A DNA stretch of 64,000 nt from Schizochytrium sp. TIO01 (GCA_004764695.1 SMSO01000036.1:1550001-1614000), one strand, 5' to 3'. Positions 23,165 to 34,108 are shown, counted from the first letter of the stretch. A program made the numbers and translations. Notes: generated by a model from the letters alone, not told the origin.

Positions 23165-24277
23165 TTAGGGCAACAAAAAGGTCGACACTGATCCTAAGCC
23201 AGAGAACTCTGCTGAAACCCTTTGGTAGGAGTTAATGCCAGTAGCAACACAAATTTTGCCCGAAATAATGACGTCGCCTGCTCGGAGATACTTCCCACGT
23301 TTCGCGAGGTGATTTGCTAGCCACACGAGAGCATCGATGGGTGAACCAGCCGGGCAAACCTCTGCCTTTCCAGTATCAACAACTACACCATCAAAGCTGA
23401 GCGTGGCTGCAACATTTGCAAGATCCCGCGGATCCGCAACTTCCACCCGCTGCCCGAGCACAACACCCCCTGCACAGATTAAATCCGCCAGCTTCAGTAA
23501 TCCTGGTGCATTTTCCAAGCTAGGTAATCTGCTGCCAATTAATTCCAACGCCAGCCTCGTCTCGCCGACTGCTTCCCAAACCTCATCCACATCAAAGGCC
23601 CCGCTTTGAGGATTCTCGACTGCTTCAGTTGTTTTCGTTTCACAACTACCATCTTTCACAAGAGGCACAAGATCAGATTTCATGACAAAGGCAATTTCTA
23701 CTTCAACACCAAACAGCTTTGATCCCTCAATACTGAAAGCAAGGTTCTCATCAGCAATCGTTTCGCGAAGAAGCGGTGCCACCACAGCGACGCATGGCTT
23801 CCCAGTATCCTCGTCAACAGACGCTCCTGGTGCGCCAAGTTTCCAGCCTGCAAGACGTGAGGGCTCAACGAGACGCTCAATCTCATCATGGACCTGGTAC
23901 ACATGAGCAAGGGTCATGGGCACCACAGGGTTGACGACAAGGCGGGGGTTGCGGGGACCCCAGGAGGCCAGCACAGCGCGAGCTGTGCGAAGGGCTGCGT
24001 CTAGAGACCAAGTATTCTCTGCGGATCTGATAGAGGAAGCTGCATGAGCAGTGGCAAGGGGCGATCGGGACGGTGACGACGAAGACCATGGCGTCCGCAC
24101 ATCAGGGTTTAGCGAAATTTGATGGCCTTCCGTAGAAGACGCAGCATCGAGAAGCGAGGAAAACGCAGAGCTTCCACGAGATCGCGAGGAAAGGTGGGCC
24201 CTAAGCCGATCGATCCGCCGCGCAGCCTTTGCATCCAGGTCCATGGCGGCAGGACCGACGTCGATCCCACTTTGCAT
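23165..24277 (-). CDS. 2-keto-4-pentenoate hydratase (MhpD)-like, FAH superfamily, with N-terminal PTS2
   Basis: 370 aa. AGWKLG, GVEVEIAF, LALELIGSR, PIDALVWLANHL..RGKYLRAGDVIISG, AEFSGLGSV. The N-terminal extension contains RIDRLRAHL. Confidence 0.88.
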   Translation of the reverse strand: MQSGIDVGPAAMDLDAKAARRIDRLRAHLSSRSRGSSAFSSLLDAASSTEGHQISLNPDVRTPWSSSSPSRSPLATAHAASSIRSAENTWSLDAALRTARAVLASWGPRNPRLVVNPVVPMTLAHVYQVHDEIERLVEPSRLAGWKLGAPGASVDEDTGKPCVAVVAPLLRETIADENLAFSIEGSKLFGVEVEIAFVMKSDLVPLVKDGSCETKTTEAVENPQSGAFDVDEVWEAVGETRLALELIGSRLPSLENAPGLLKLADLICAGGVVLGQRVEVADPRDLANVAATLSFDGVVVDTGKAEVCPAGSPIDALVWLANHLAKRGKYLRAGDVIISGKICVATGINSYQRVSAEFSGLGSVSTFLLP

Positions 24278-24801
24278 TCCTTATATTTCCGCCACGCTTC
24301 TATTTGGTTATTGTCCTTCAAAAGTGCTCGGAGATTAGTCGATGTTCCAGGCGTTCCGAGTGCCAGGTTCCCGGACGCCTGGAGTAATTTATGTTCCATA
24401 AGTTCTATTTGTTCCACACACTCCGTCGTTCTGTTCTTTGCGTTCTAATCTGCGATCCCCTGGAAAGTAGGCTAACTCAACATGCTCATTCCTCGCATTC
24501 CTCGTATTTCTGGTTCTTCGGTATGAGTGGGCAATGAGAAGGCTTCGCGAACAGGATAATTCAGGTGGGAAGAGAAGAGAGGCGAGTTTGGTGAAGATCT
24601 TGAGATGAAAAAATGTGCTGTTTGAGGTCTTTTCTGAGGTTTTACGGCGTCGGGTTCGCATTATCAAAAGCAGAGAATTTAACTCTTTTCATAAACTTTT
24701 TTTTAATTCGATTATTGTTTTATTTGAAGGAATGATTGATTGACCTCGATTGATGACCCCCAAAACTGGTTTCGGGAGCGGGTCTCGCGACAGTGGAGGT
24801 G

Positions 24802-25953
24802 ATGGAAACTGTACAAGCCGCTTTGGGCGGTCGAGGTACTGCAGTCGACGCAGAGGCACTAAGGCAGTTGCTCTGCGAGAGCTTTGGTGTGGAACTCTCC
24901 AGGAGCGACGTGGTAACTGCTAGTGATGTTTCAAATCGCCACGACTCCGCACAAAACGCCAGAGCTGCCGCTCTTGCGACCTGTCTGTGCTCCGCTTCCA
25001 CATCGAGAGACTGGACGTTCTTCGACGGCCTTGACCAACCCAGAGATACTCCCGTCGATCCACCCAGGCAACGGCCTCGCTCCGCTGTCGCATATCCGCG
25101 GCAGTATTCAAAAAGCTCAAAATCACAAGCATCTTTAGGATTGTCTTCTGAAGAAGCGCTTTCCTCCGCGAGAAGCTACTCATCCGCTAATTTATCTCAT
25201 TCCGGTCGCTCTGAGAATAACTTCGGACCGAATTTGGCATCCGACCGCGAGTTTTGGGGAACTCGAAATGGCTGGCAGAAGGCACCGATAGAGTCTGACG
25301 TAGGGCGGTTTCTCAACCCTTTCGAGCAAGGCAACGCTGAGACAACTCGTGCAGATGCAATAGACAATATGCGGGTAGTAGAGACGGAGCTGCAGAAGCT
25401 TGCAAGGGCTATGGATAGTCTTCAGAGACTATCCAGGAGGTACGTCTCGCTAGCAGCAAGGCTTGGAGAGCACGGTAACGAGGTCACGCCACTCGATGCT
25501 TACTTGCACGCTGTGCAGCACAAGGATACTGCAAAGGCGCTGCGAGATCGTATTCGCCATGTCAAAGAAGAAAGGGCACTGTATGAGGAACTTGCAAAAC
25601 ATCTACCAGAAGTGCAGGAAGGAGGGGCATGGCAAGCATATGGGGGTGATGAAGAGGAGGATGCCAATGAGGTTGTTCGCGCGCTAGAAGGACTGGAGGC
25701 ACAGCTGGTGCAAGCTGCTCCTTCCGTGGAGAGAGTACGGAATCTATGGACTGCTGCAAAACAACGGGTACCAGCACAAGCGCTGTCTCGAATCATGTCG
25801 TCTTCTAAACTCCGCTCTCAGGCGAAACAGCTGTCGCGTAATTTCCCGTCAAGCAAGTTGCAAGACGAAGATGCAACTGCGTCAGAGAGACGGGCTGAAC
25901 TTGAGGCGCTGTGTGCAGCAGTACTGAAAGACACACAATTCAAAATTGTATAG
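24802..25953 (+). CDS. Hypothetical coiled-coil protein (383 aa from first ATG)
   Basis: Long ORF with coding-like composition and heptad-rich helices; family not recognised. Confidence 0.75.
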   Translation: METVQAALGGRGTAVDAEALRQLLCESFGVELSRSDVVTASDVSNRHDSAQNARAAALATCLCSASTSRDWTFFDGLDQPRDTPVDPPRQRPRSAVAYPRQYSKSSKSQASLGLSSEEALSSARSYSSANLSHSGRSENNFGPNLASDREFWGTRNGWQKAPIESDVGRFLNPFEQGNAETTRADAIDNMRVVETELQKLARAMDSLQRLSRRYVSLAARLGEHGNEVTPLDAYLHAVQHKDTAKALRDRIRHVKEERALYEELAKHLPEVQEGGAWQAYGGDEEEDANEVVRALEGLEAQLVQAAPSVERVRNLWTAAKQRVPAQALSRIMSSSKLRSQAKQLSRNFPSSKLQDEDATASERRAELEALCAAVLKDTQFKIV

Positions 25954-26517
25954 GTACTAGGAATATTATTTTTTGTTGTCAATGTGACGGCATTACAACC
26001 TTCATGGCCCTTCTTATACCAAATAGAGACATACAATAGATTACAAAGACCAAGATTTAGACCGAAACCATGGACCTGCGAACGCTACATACATATTTCA
26101 TCAGATATTCGACCAAAGTTACCCTTATGTACAAAAAACCTTGCATGTATTTTTGGTGTATCGATAAAGAAAAACACTGTAGACCGAAACGCTATTCATC
26201 TGAGGCACGAAAATCTGTTTGTCTAGGTTAGAAAAATGGTGCAGATTGCCATGTGCAGATCTCTCGTTCAAAAATTTGATGTTTATAAAATAAGTTAAAT
26301 TATTGAATATTATCAATTTACGTCTGACTGTAACTGAAGCTATAAAGCATGGGAAACACCACGGCAAGCTTCACCTTCCTTTTTCCGCCTGTGAACTCAA
26401 TATGTTAGACAAGCTCAATGAATAATTATTCTGGGGCAACTTTTCCAAGTGTGCCGATAGCCCTGTAGTAGCACAGTGATCTGCTAAGGTTTGCTTTATA
26501 ATTTAGTATCGTAATTC

Positions 26518-27636
26518 TTAGCTGGTTTTTGCAAGAGCTTTCTCAATGCGATCAACAATAGTTTCTACAGAATCACCAGTGCACAGTCGGGTACTTTGGC
26601 CACTCCACATGCTACGAAGATGCGGGCCACCCCGCTCTACACTTGCTTTCTTCAATGGGTTCGTAAGAGATTGCTGAACGGGGTACGGCGCAACATTGGA
26701 GCACTGGTCCATCACACGAGCTTTGTTGTGGTTACCCAACGCAAGACCTTGATCATAACCTAGTACATACTCATTAATGAGACCTCGGGCGGATCTTCCA
26801 GAGAAGATATCTGTACAAACAGTTTCGGTCTCAGCACTGGACATTATGCATTCCTTGTGCACTTTATCAGCTTCAGAATCGGAACTCGTGAGGAAAGCGG
26901 TACCGATGCACCCTGCTTCAGCCCCAAGGCATTGGGCTGCCGCCACACCGCGAGCATCAGCAATTCCACCTGCAGCAAGGACTGGAATTTTAACACGATC
27001 GACGATTTGAGGCACAAGACTCAAAGTGCCGACCAAAGAGCTGTCGGGCAGGAATGAAGCCCGGTGTCCTCCAGCCTCGGCTCCCTGTGCAATGATGGCA
27101 TCAACACCGTCGCTTTCAAGGAGCTCAGCTTCTGCCACAGAGGTCGCTGTGCCAACAACAACAGTGCCGTTTTGCTGCAGACGTAAGATATCATCCGCAC
27201 GAAGCCGTCCAAAGCAAAATGAAAACACAGGCACCTTCTTTTCCAGCACAATCTTGAGTTGTTCCTCCAACTTTGGCGAATCTAGTTTAGCAGGTCCTGC
27301 TGGCATTTCAAGGTTCATACGATTGTACAAAGGTTCAAGATTCTTACGCGCAGCTGCTTCGCGAGCTCTCAAGTCTTCAGACTCGCTCTCATACTCGTAA
27401 AGTGCGAAAAGGTTGACACCAAAGAGAGCATTTTCTGACTTGCCGCTCAGCTCTCGAATCGCGTCAATATCTTCTCCCAGAGCTTGTGGCGTCTTAAACG
27501 CAGCGCCATGGAAGCCTAAAATACGGCTCGACACGGCTGCCGCGACCAGCCGCGGTGACGAGACGCCTGCCATGGGCGCCAGGACCACAGGTCTCCGCTC
27601 CCAAAGCTGTTTGAGTGTGCTCATGTGTTTCGCCAT
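26518..27636 (-). CDS. Nitronate monooxygenase (2-nitropropane dioxygenase) family flavoprotein
   Basis: 372 aa. PVVLAPMAG, FGVNLF, VFSFCFG, AQGAEAGGHR, IPVLAAGGIADARG, GTAFL, FSGRSARG, MWSGQ. Confidence 0.95.
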   Translation of the reverse strand: MAKHMSTLKQLWERRPVVLAPMAGVSSPRLVAAAVSSRILGFHGAAFKTPQALGEDIDAIRELSGKSENALFGVNLFALYEYESESEDLRAREAAARKNLEPLYNRMNLEMPAGPAKLDSPKLEEQLKIVLEKKVPVFSFCFGRLRADDILRLQQNGTVVVGTATSVAEAELLESDGVDAIIAQGAEAGGHRASFLPDSSLVGTLSLVPQIVDRVKIPVLAAGGIADARGVAAAQCLGAEAGCIGTAFLTSSDSEADKVHKECIMSSAETETVCTDIFSGRSARGLINEYVLGYDQGLALGNHNKARVMDQCSNVAPYPVQQSLTNPLKKASVERGGPHLRSMWSGQSTRLCTGDSVETIVDRIEKALAKTS

Positions 27637-28219
27637 GTTCTCTGTTAAGTTTACCTCTTCCTCCTCCTCTTCCCGTGTTCAAGCGTCTACTTCGCTTCAC
27701 CAAGTTGTGAATTTGCTGGCACTTGTCGCGGAGCGCATTCCCGGCCGTCTCGATCTTGGCGGATTCGAGCCACAACTCTCCAGTTCGGTTCTGTGTTCCA
27801 TAATTCGTCGAGATGTCCCAATCCTATGTCTTACCTATCGCTCTTTCTATAGCTTCTCATATGTCACGCATTACCTATTCTATTCTCCCCACTTGGATCA
27901 GAGTGAACAATCTCGATCGCCGCTGCGATGTGCACTGCAGATTGACATGATGCAGGTGGAGGTGTATAGATCGACAGATAGTCAGTTGCCTGCACTCTTT
28001 GGATCGTGTCGCAGCAAGAGGACAAGAGGGACCTTGCAGCGCAGGACCACCTTTTATCCGTGCCTCGGAAGCGACATAGACTGCGGCGGCGTATTTCACG
28101 AGGATCCTGCCGGATCGATTTCGGTTCTGCAATGACCCTCACGGGGAACTGCAAAGCCCTAGTTTTGTCCATGGCAGTAATGCCATGCAAGCCCAAGTAA
28201 ACCTCGTCCATGGATGAAA

Positions 28220-28255
28220 ATTCATTCATTCATTCATTCATTCATTCATTCATTC
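28220..28255. repeat. (ATTC)9 microsatellite
   Basis: Perfect tandem array; reverse complement of the GAAT array at 8578. Confidence 0.97.
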
Positions 28256-29680
28256 CTGCCTACACACTGGGCAGAAGTGCCTCGGCGGCATATGGTCCAT
28301 GACATTTGGCAAAGGCTTTCTTCACGAGGGGCTGCCCCTTCGATCATGGGAGCGGAGTGCCTTTATAGAAGTTTGGGCATCATGCTCTGCTCTTTGAGGC
28401 TGTTCGTGAATCAGCGTGGCAGCAGTGGAGAAGATGTGCAAACGAAAGTGGCTGGCTATCCAAGCATGGCCATCATAGTCATCACGGTCACGAGGGTTGG
28501 CGACATGATGCAGGTGGCCAAGAAGGTAGGTAGCACCATCCGTGAGGGCCTGCACTAGAACGCCGAATTCAAGAACCACCCCAGAAACCTTCCTCTCTTT
28601 GCAGACGCAAATCGCCTTTCCAGCCATGCTTGTTCATGGCTGGCTCATAGTTGTTTGCGTTGAGCACTCCTGAGCCCACCAGAGAAACCTCGCGACGATT
28701 CCATTCGCTCTTTGGCCATCGTTTTGCCCAGGCCATGATTGGCCGCATGGTCTCACCTTCCTTCGTTCACGCCATCATCCTCTCGGCACCTGTGTGCACC
28801 CTTGAGGAGCTGAGAGTTTGCTGTGTTTTGTTTTGGAGCTGGCTGCGTTTACAGTCGCCGGTATGCCCGGAAGACCTCGAGCTTCTGCGCATAAACAAAC
28901 CTGCGCGAACGGTGCAGGTGCGAATTCGGGCACCCAATTTGGAGATCAGCGCTCCTGCCTGGCAGCCAAAGGAAGGAAGGTCTCATTCCTCCCCTTGAAG
29001 AATTCCTTTCCAATCTGCAATTGATTCTTCCCAATGAGAAAGAAGTACCTCGATAACGATGCAACGAACGGCCATTTATTTCTGCCTCTTTCGTTCGTTG
29101 AATGACCAACTAGCTTAGCTACCTTTGCCTACTGCCACTGACTTGTGCCTACCGAGGAAGCTCTGTTCCTGGCGCATTCTGAGAGCTTTTCTATGGAAAG
29201 GCGAATCATATGCTTTTGGTTCGTTTACAGGGTTCTTCTTGGGTTCTTTTGGACAGAGGCACCTGAGAGCAACCCAGGGCGTCATAGGTGAAGATACACG
29301 GCCTGACGGACGTCGAGCGAAGGTGGACCTAGGATGCGTCAGAAAACACGATTTGGTCGCTTCGGGAGAAATGGCTGATGCACGAACTGACCTACAGCTG
29401 AAGGATTGAGATGATGCGGAGTTGCGAAATGAGAGAATGGGAAGAAATTGTATTAGATGAGTATTTTTTTTGTTAATCCGTGGTCATGAGTGAAGCACCA
29501 GATTTCAGAACGTGCAAATCGGCGACGAAAAGTTCTTTATTCAATCTGCTTCTTTGGGAAAGCAGAGCAAACTTTGAACGCTGATAGAAACCAGATTTCT
29601 CAACAACAGTCGTGGGGGCTCGTCCAAGCCGGGCGCGGCTTTGCTCTGACTGCTTGCCACCGTTTCAGGTCTATCGCAAG

Positions 29681-32113
29681 ATGCTTGACTTGAAGACAGC
29701 GTGCGCGGACCCGGCAAGATGCTGGCGTGAGGTGACGAGAGTTTCAGACTGGACTTTTGCGACGCAGCTCCTTGTACGAAGGGCCGTGATGGTGTCTGTA
29801 ACGTTGGTTCTCTCATATATGGAGCCCATCGTGAAGGTGCTTGGCAGCACAACCATTTTCCTTCCGATTTTGTCGCTGTTGATGTGCATGGTCGGGGACT
29901 TATCCACCAACGTCGGCGTTATAACCCAATTGGCACTCGCCTTTTGCATCTCCCTCATTGCAATTGGTGTTGGGTTTGCAGCGGCACTTGCAATTCAGGA
30001 CTCTCTGCCAGGCCTACTCGTGTGGACCTTCTTCAACAGCTTTTGTTGTTTCTACTTCTTTTGCAATGAACAAGCCCCCCAGCGAAAGATGCCTGGCGCG
30101 ATTGCGCTCATCATGATCGATACAATCACACTCACTGGGTATGTGCTAGCGCTCGACTATGGATATGTCCCGTTCGACCTCATCGAAAAGTATGTTGGGG
30201 AGTTCACGTTAGCTTTTGTCCTCAGCACAGCTACTTTTACTATATCAGCGCTCACCATTTTCCCATGGCTTGCTTACAAAAAGTATTTTCAAGGTGAACG
30301 AGAGCTCCGACACGAAACAGCAGCAATGCTCCGACAAACCTGTGCAATTACACGAGGTGCCCCGGCATCTACATTTCCAGAGCTTCAGTTTGTCGATTTA
30401 CGTAAGAAAGGAGTTCAACTTGGCTCACTCGCAAGCTCCAGCGCATATGAACTAAGATGGAAATTTGATGGCTCTGGTGCTCGCTTGAAAGAGACATATC
30501 AAATCTCATGGCGAATTGTTCGCTTAACAATTATGCTTAATGAGGCCTCACGGACTATGCTGGGTTCTCCTCGCATGGAGCGTGCATGGGACGCCATCAC
30601 TCAGTGGGTAGAAGCTATATGCCAGGTTTTAGAAACCGAGGAGCTTGAAATGTACAAAACTTATGTAGAACTTTGTCGAGATCGTCGCGATGAAGCGAAA
30701 AGAATCCTGCAGGAATGTTCACAGGCGGAGATTCGTGAAGATGAGTTTTTAGGTCTTACCTGGCTCACACTTTCCCGTATTGGGCGTCTCCTCCAAGATC
30801 TTCAAGATGTTCACTACCGCACAAAAGAGCAAAAACCATTTAAATTTAATCTAGTTGACTGGAAATCAACAATTATTTTCGGCGCTGGAACAAACAAAAA
30901 ATCGTTCTTCAACGCTGCGAGATCTTATACATGGTTTGAAAGAATGACAAACGCCTTCTCAAACTTCACCTCCACGCAAACATTTAAAGCTGCCCTCAAA
31001 GGAGCAATGGCTGTCACGGTTTTCGTAGCTTGCATTTTTGGTACAAATTTGCACTTTACAGTTGGCGTCAATGCAGCTGTAAACGGTCTGCATGCTTTAG
31101 AATCTGTACTACGGCAAATGTATCTCGGGCCATGTATAAAACGCACTTGGGACCGCGCTTTCGGCTCGTTCTTAGGCTTCGTTGCAGCTGGCGCAGCCTG
31201 GACTATTGCTTGTGCTGGCTCTGGGTGGGTATCAAACCCTGCACTTGGAGGCTGGACTTTGCTTTTGCTCGGTATCCCAGTGTACATACCCTTTTATCTC
31301 AAACCAAACTACTTCCGGTACTCCATTGGCAAGGTGTACGTCATCGTTGCACTGATCGGTATCTATGAGCTAGCTGGTCCGGGTGAGAAATTTCCAGGCT
31401 TTTGGGAGGCCGGTGGGATCATGACTGCAGCCATTATATTTGGTTGTGTTGTTGGCGCAATCTTTTGCCCTGTAGTATCCACTAATTCGGCGAAGTCCTC
31501 ACTTGAACTTCTCATGATCTTTTCATTGCAAGAGCTCGTGCATGTCGTACAGTGTGGATATATTAGGGCATCTGACCCCAGTGTTGTTTCTGAAGATGTC
31601 CTTGAAGCAAGTCTGTGGCAGCTATGGAATGAGTCGCGTGCTCGGGGAACAAAGTTGCTGCAGAGCGCTGCAACAGAGTCTAGATTTGGTGATTCTATCG
31701 AATGGTATAAAGAAGCTTTGAGCCTGGTTACAAAAATGGAGACTAGCGTATGGCGCATTAATACCTTGGTAGATTGGACTACAATCCCAGAAGAAACCCG
31801 CCGTGCCATATCTGAAGAGCTATGTACAAATTTCTTTTTCGTCTCAGCTATATTGGAAAAAAATGTGATGCATTCGGTATTCCAGCCACCTCGTCTTTCT
31901 TTGGACCTTAGTACGATCAATACCAGCGCTTTAAAAGAGCCCGACGAGATCATGTCTGTCTTATGTAGCCGCACGGTTCTACGAACATCTCATCAAACCT
32001 TATCCGATGCTTTCAATGAATTCTATAAGATCACCAAACAAAGACTTGGAGGTCCAGCATATGCATCTAATTTTCTTCATCCGTCCATATCAACTTCTAT
32101 AACACCAAGTTAG
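29681..32113 (+). CDS. FUSC / aromatic acid exporter / ALMT-like polytopic membrane protein
   Basis: About 810 aa from first ATG. Two TM bundles, each followed by a helical soluble domain; FKAALKGAMA and RTWDRAFGSFLG resemble the FUSC_2 R..GT..G motif. Confidence 0.75.
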   Translation: MLDLKTACADPARCWREVTRVSDWTFATQLLVRRAVMVSVTLVLSYMEPIVKVLGSTTIFLPILSLLMCMVGDLSTNVGVITQLALAFCISLIAIGVGFAAALAIQDSLPGLLVWTFFNSFCCFYFFCNEQAPQRKMPGAIALIMIDTITLTGYVLALDYGYVPFDLIEKYVGEFTLAFVLSTATFTISALTIFPWLAYKKYFQGERELRHETAAMLRQTCAITRGAPASTFPELQFVDLRKKGVQLGSLASSSAYELRWKFDGSGARLKETYQISWRIVRLTIMLNEASRTMLGSPRMERAWDAITQWVEAICQVLETEELEMYKTYVELCRDRRDEAKRILQECSQAEIREDEFLGLTWLTLSRIGRLLQDLQDVHYRTKEQKPFKFNLVDWKSTIIFGAGTNKKSFFNAARSYTWFERMTNAFSNFTSTQTFKAALKGAMAVTVFVACIFGTNLHFTVGVNAAVNGLHALESVLRQMYLGPCIKRTWDRAFGSFLGFVAAGAAWTIACAGSGWVSNPALGGWTLLLLGIPVYIPFYLKPNYFRYSIGKVYVIVALIGIYELAGPGEKFPGFWEAGGIMTAAIIFGCVVGAIFCPVVSTNSAKSSLELLMIFSLQELVHVVQCGYIRASDPSVVSEDVLEASLWQLWNESRARGTKLLQSAATESRFGDSIEWYKEALSLVTKMETSVWRINTLVDWTTIPEETRRAISEELCTNFFFVSAILEKNVMHSVFQPPRLSLDLSTINTSALKEPDEIMSVLCSRTVLRTSHQTLSDAFNEFYKITKQRLGGPAYASNFLHPSISTSITPS

Positions 32114-32837
32114 CATCAATCACTTTTACTAGTACATTTTAATAGTACACCATCTACCTTTGTAAGTCCCTCTCAGATTCGCAACAAAAATCCTTGCTTA
32201 GGTCATTATCCACAATCAAGAAAAATAATTACTATTGCTACTGGACAAGAGTATCCTTTGCTAGCTATCATGCACTGTATGCTTTTCATCCCTCGCTAAT
32301 TTCGCTTGTGACTCTATTACTTTGTGCAAATCGAAGACCTCACCATTTGTGGTGATATGGATAGTGTGGTCCGTTTTCAGAAGAGCAAAGATTGCCCACC
32401 TCGAAGGTGTTAGATATGACCCGGATGCCCCTACAGAGGCTTACAGAGTATCTACTCGATGAAAATTTTACCATAGCGAGCATCGCAACCGTTGTAGACT
32501 ATACATTATTTGTACCGCTTCGCTTGCATGCAAAATTCCATGCCAAAAGCAAAGAAGGCGACAAGTATTGGCGGAATTGTCGATTTTTTATAAGTTGGAA
32601 ACCTACTCCTACTACTAAGTAGGAAATAGAAAGAAAAGTAAAGAGTGCATCGAACGAACTTTTTCTTGCATTAGTTCTAATTAGCCTATTACCGCATCTA
32701 GTTAATACTCTAGTGCAGAGATGCTTAGTAGACAAAAGGAACAAGGTAAACAATATTTAGTCTGTGAACAGCAAACCCCGATCCTTATTTAGAGCCTCAC
32801 GTGGCTTCTCTGGTCGCCCTCACTTACTCGGTTGACC

Positions 32838-34108
32838 ATGGTGGTACGTGGCAAAGTAGCGAGAATACGTGGCTCTTCAGAGAAATAACTCTAGGCGCAC
32901 GCTCTTTCAACGGTTTAACCTTGAACGATCTGGGAGACTCTTTTTGAGTGAGGACGAGACTAAAAACTAACTTGTGTTGAATACAATACAACCTTCGCTC
33001 TTTTACTCTTGGCACTTACCATTGCCTGAGCTTTTCTTTGCGGCCACGACCTGATTCTTGGTAATCATAAATTTTACTTGGTGTGCTCATGAATCTTGGG
33101 ATCTGTGTCACCTCCTGCGATTGGAATATTGCAATGATGATAAAAACAACTTTTTAAATCAGGTCTCGGTAAAACGTGTGAGTGTTTTGAACGCCTTTTC
33201 ACATGCCTGCCTCTATGATCACATCCGACAGTGGAGTGGAGAGAGGAACACTGAGGCACTCACTGGCCTCATCCGCAGTTTTTTCCAATTCGGTGCTGAA
33301 TTGGGTGAAGGACGTAAGTAGAAAAACGAGTCTGTTAGAAGTGACGCAATACTATACCAACAATATCAACAAACCACTGACAAATTTCGTGATTAACTCA
33401 TCCTTTTTACAATCAAATGGGCATTTTGACGTTTACAGGTTTGTCAAAAGTTAAATTTTCTGCAACAGAAGTAAAGCCAAATCGTCATAATAGAAGTAGA
33501 AGTCGCACGGGTCCTGTCCTTGGTGGTGCTCGTAAAGTAGGTTTAATGTGGATGTATTGTGCTCATGAGTATATTGAGTATATAAATTTCCAGAAGCTTC
33601 ATGTCCTCACTCTTATACTAAATTTGGCATGCCCTTTAAACAGGTTAATACAAGAAGTGAAGAGGTGTATCTTCATTGCTATCAAGGTGTACATGCTTTG
33701 GTGACAGCCTTCACACAGCAACGTGCAGGGGAAGACGATCCAGAGAGGATACGTCATTTTTTGGAACGAGTTGATGAAGCTTATGGGCTTCACCAGGGTG
33801 ACTCGACTAAGTTAGAAATGGCCATTGGACGGGCTATTGCCGAGAACTTCGACACTCCGTCACCGATGACTGGTGATTCCACTGCGAGTGTAAGAGTATC
33901 TATTGCAAATACTTAATCCAAGGTTTTGCAAAATAAATTTGGACCATTAGGAAAGAACTTTGTGCCAAAAAATAATAATAAGTCACTTCACGAACGGCAG
34001 AAAGGTGAGAATTATTTGCTTATTTTGTGTTCACAGGAACAGGCCGCAAGTTTCTTTGTATTATTACTACTTTTTAAAATACTCATTTTATTCCTTCCAC
34101 AAGGCTAA
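32838..34108 (+). CDS. Putative multi-exon small hypothetical protein with hydrophobic C-terminus; join(32838..32843,33163..33313,33439..33536,33644..33889,34037..34108), about 190 aa; first exon speculative
   Basis: Three consecutive GT..AG introns (GTAAGT..TACAG, GTAGGT..AACAG, GTAAGA..CACAG) join four short ORF pieces with matching phases. Confidence 0.55.

Noticed and set aside
24109-24399. Out-of-frame uORF overlapping the PTS2-coding segment of the hydratase
   Set aside because: A branch-like ACTAAT and an AATAG acceptor near 24301 suggest this ATG lies inside a 5'UTR intron.
32985-33090. Signal-peptide-like FALLLLALTIA followed by TGA (possible selenocysteine)
   Set aside because: No start codon, the frame closes soon after, and no SECIS was recognised.
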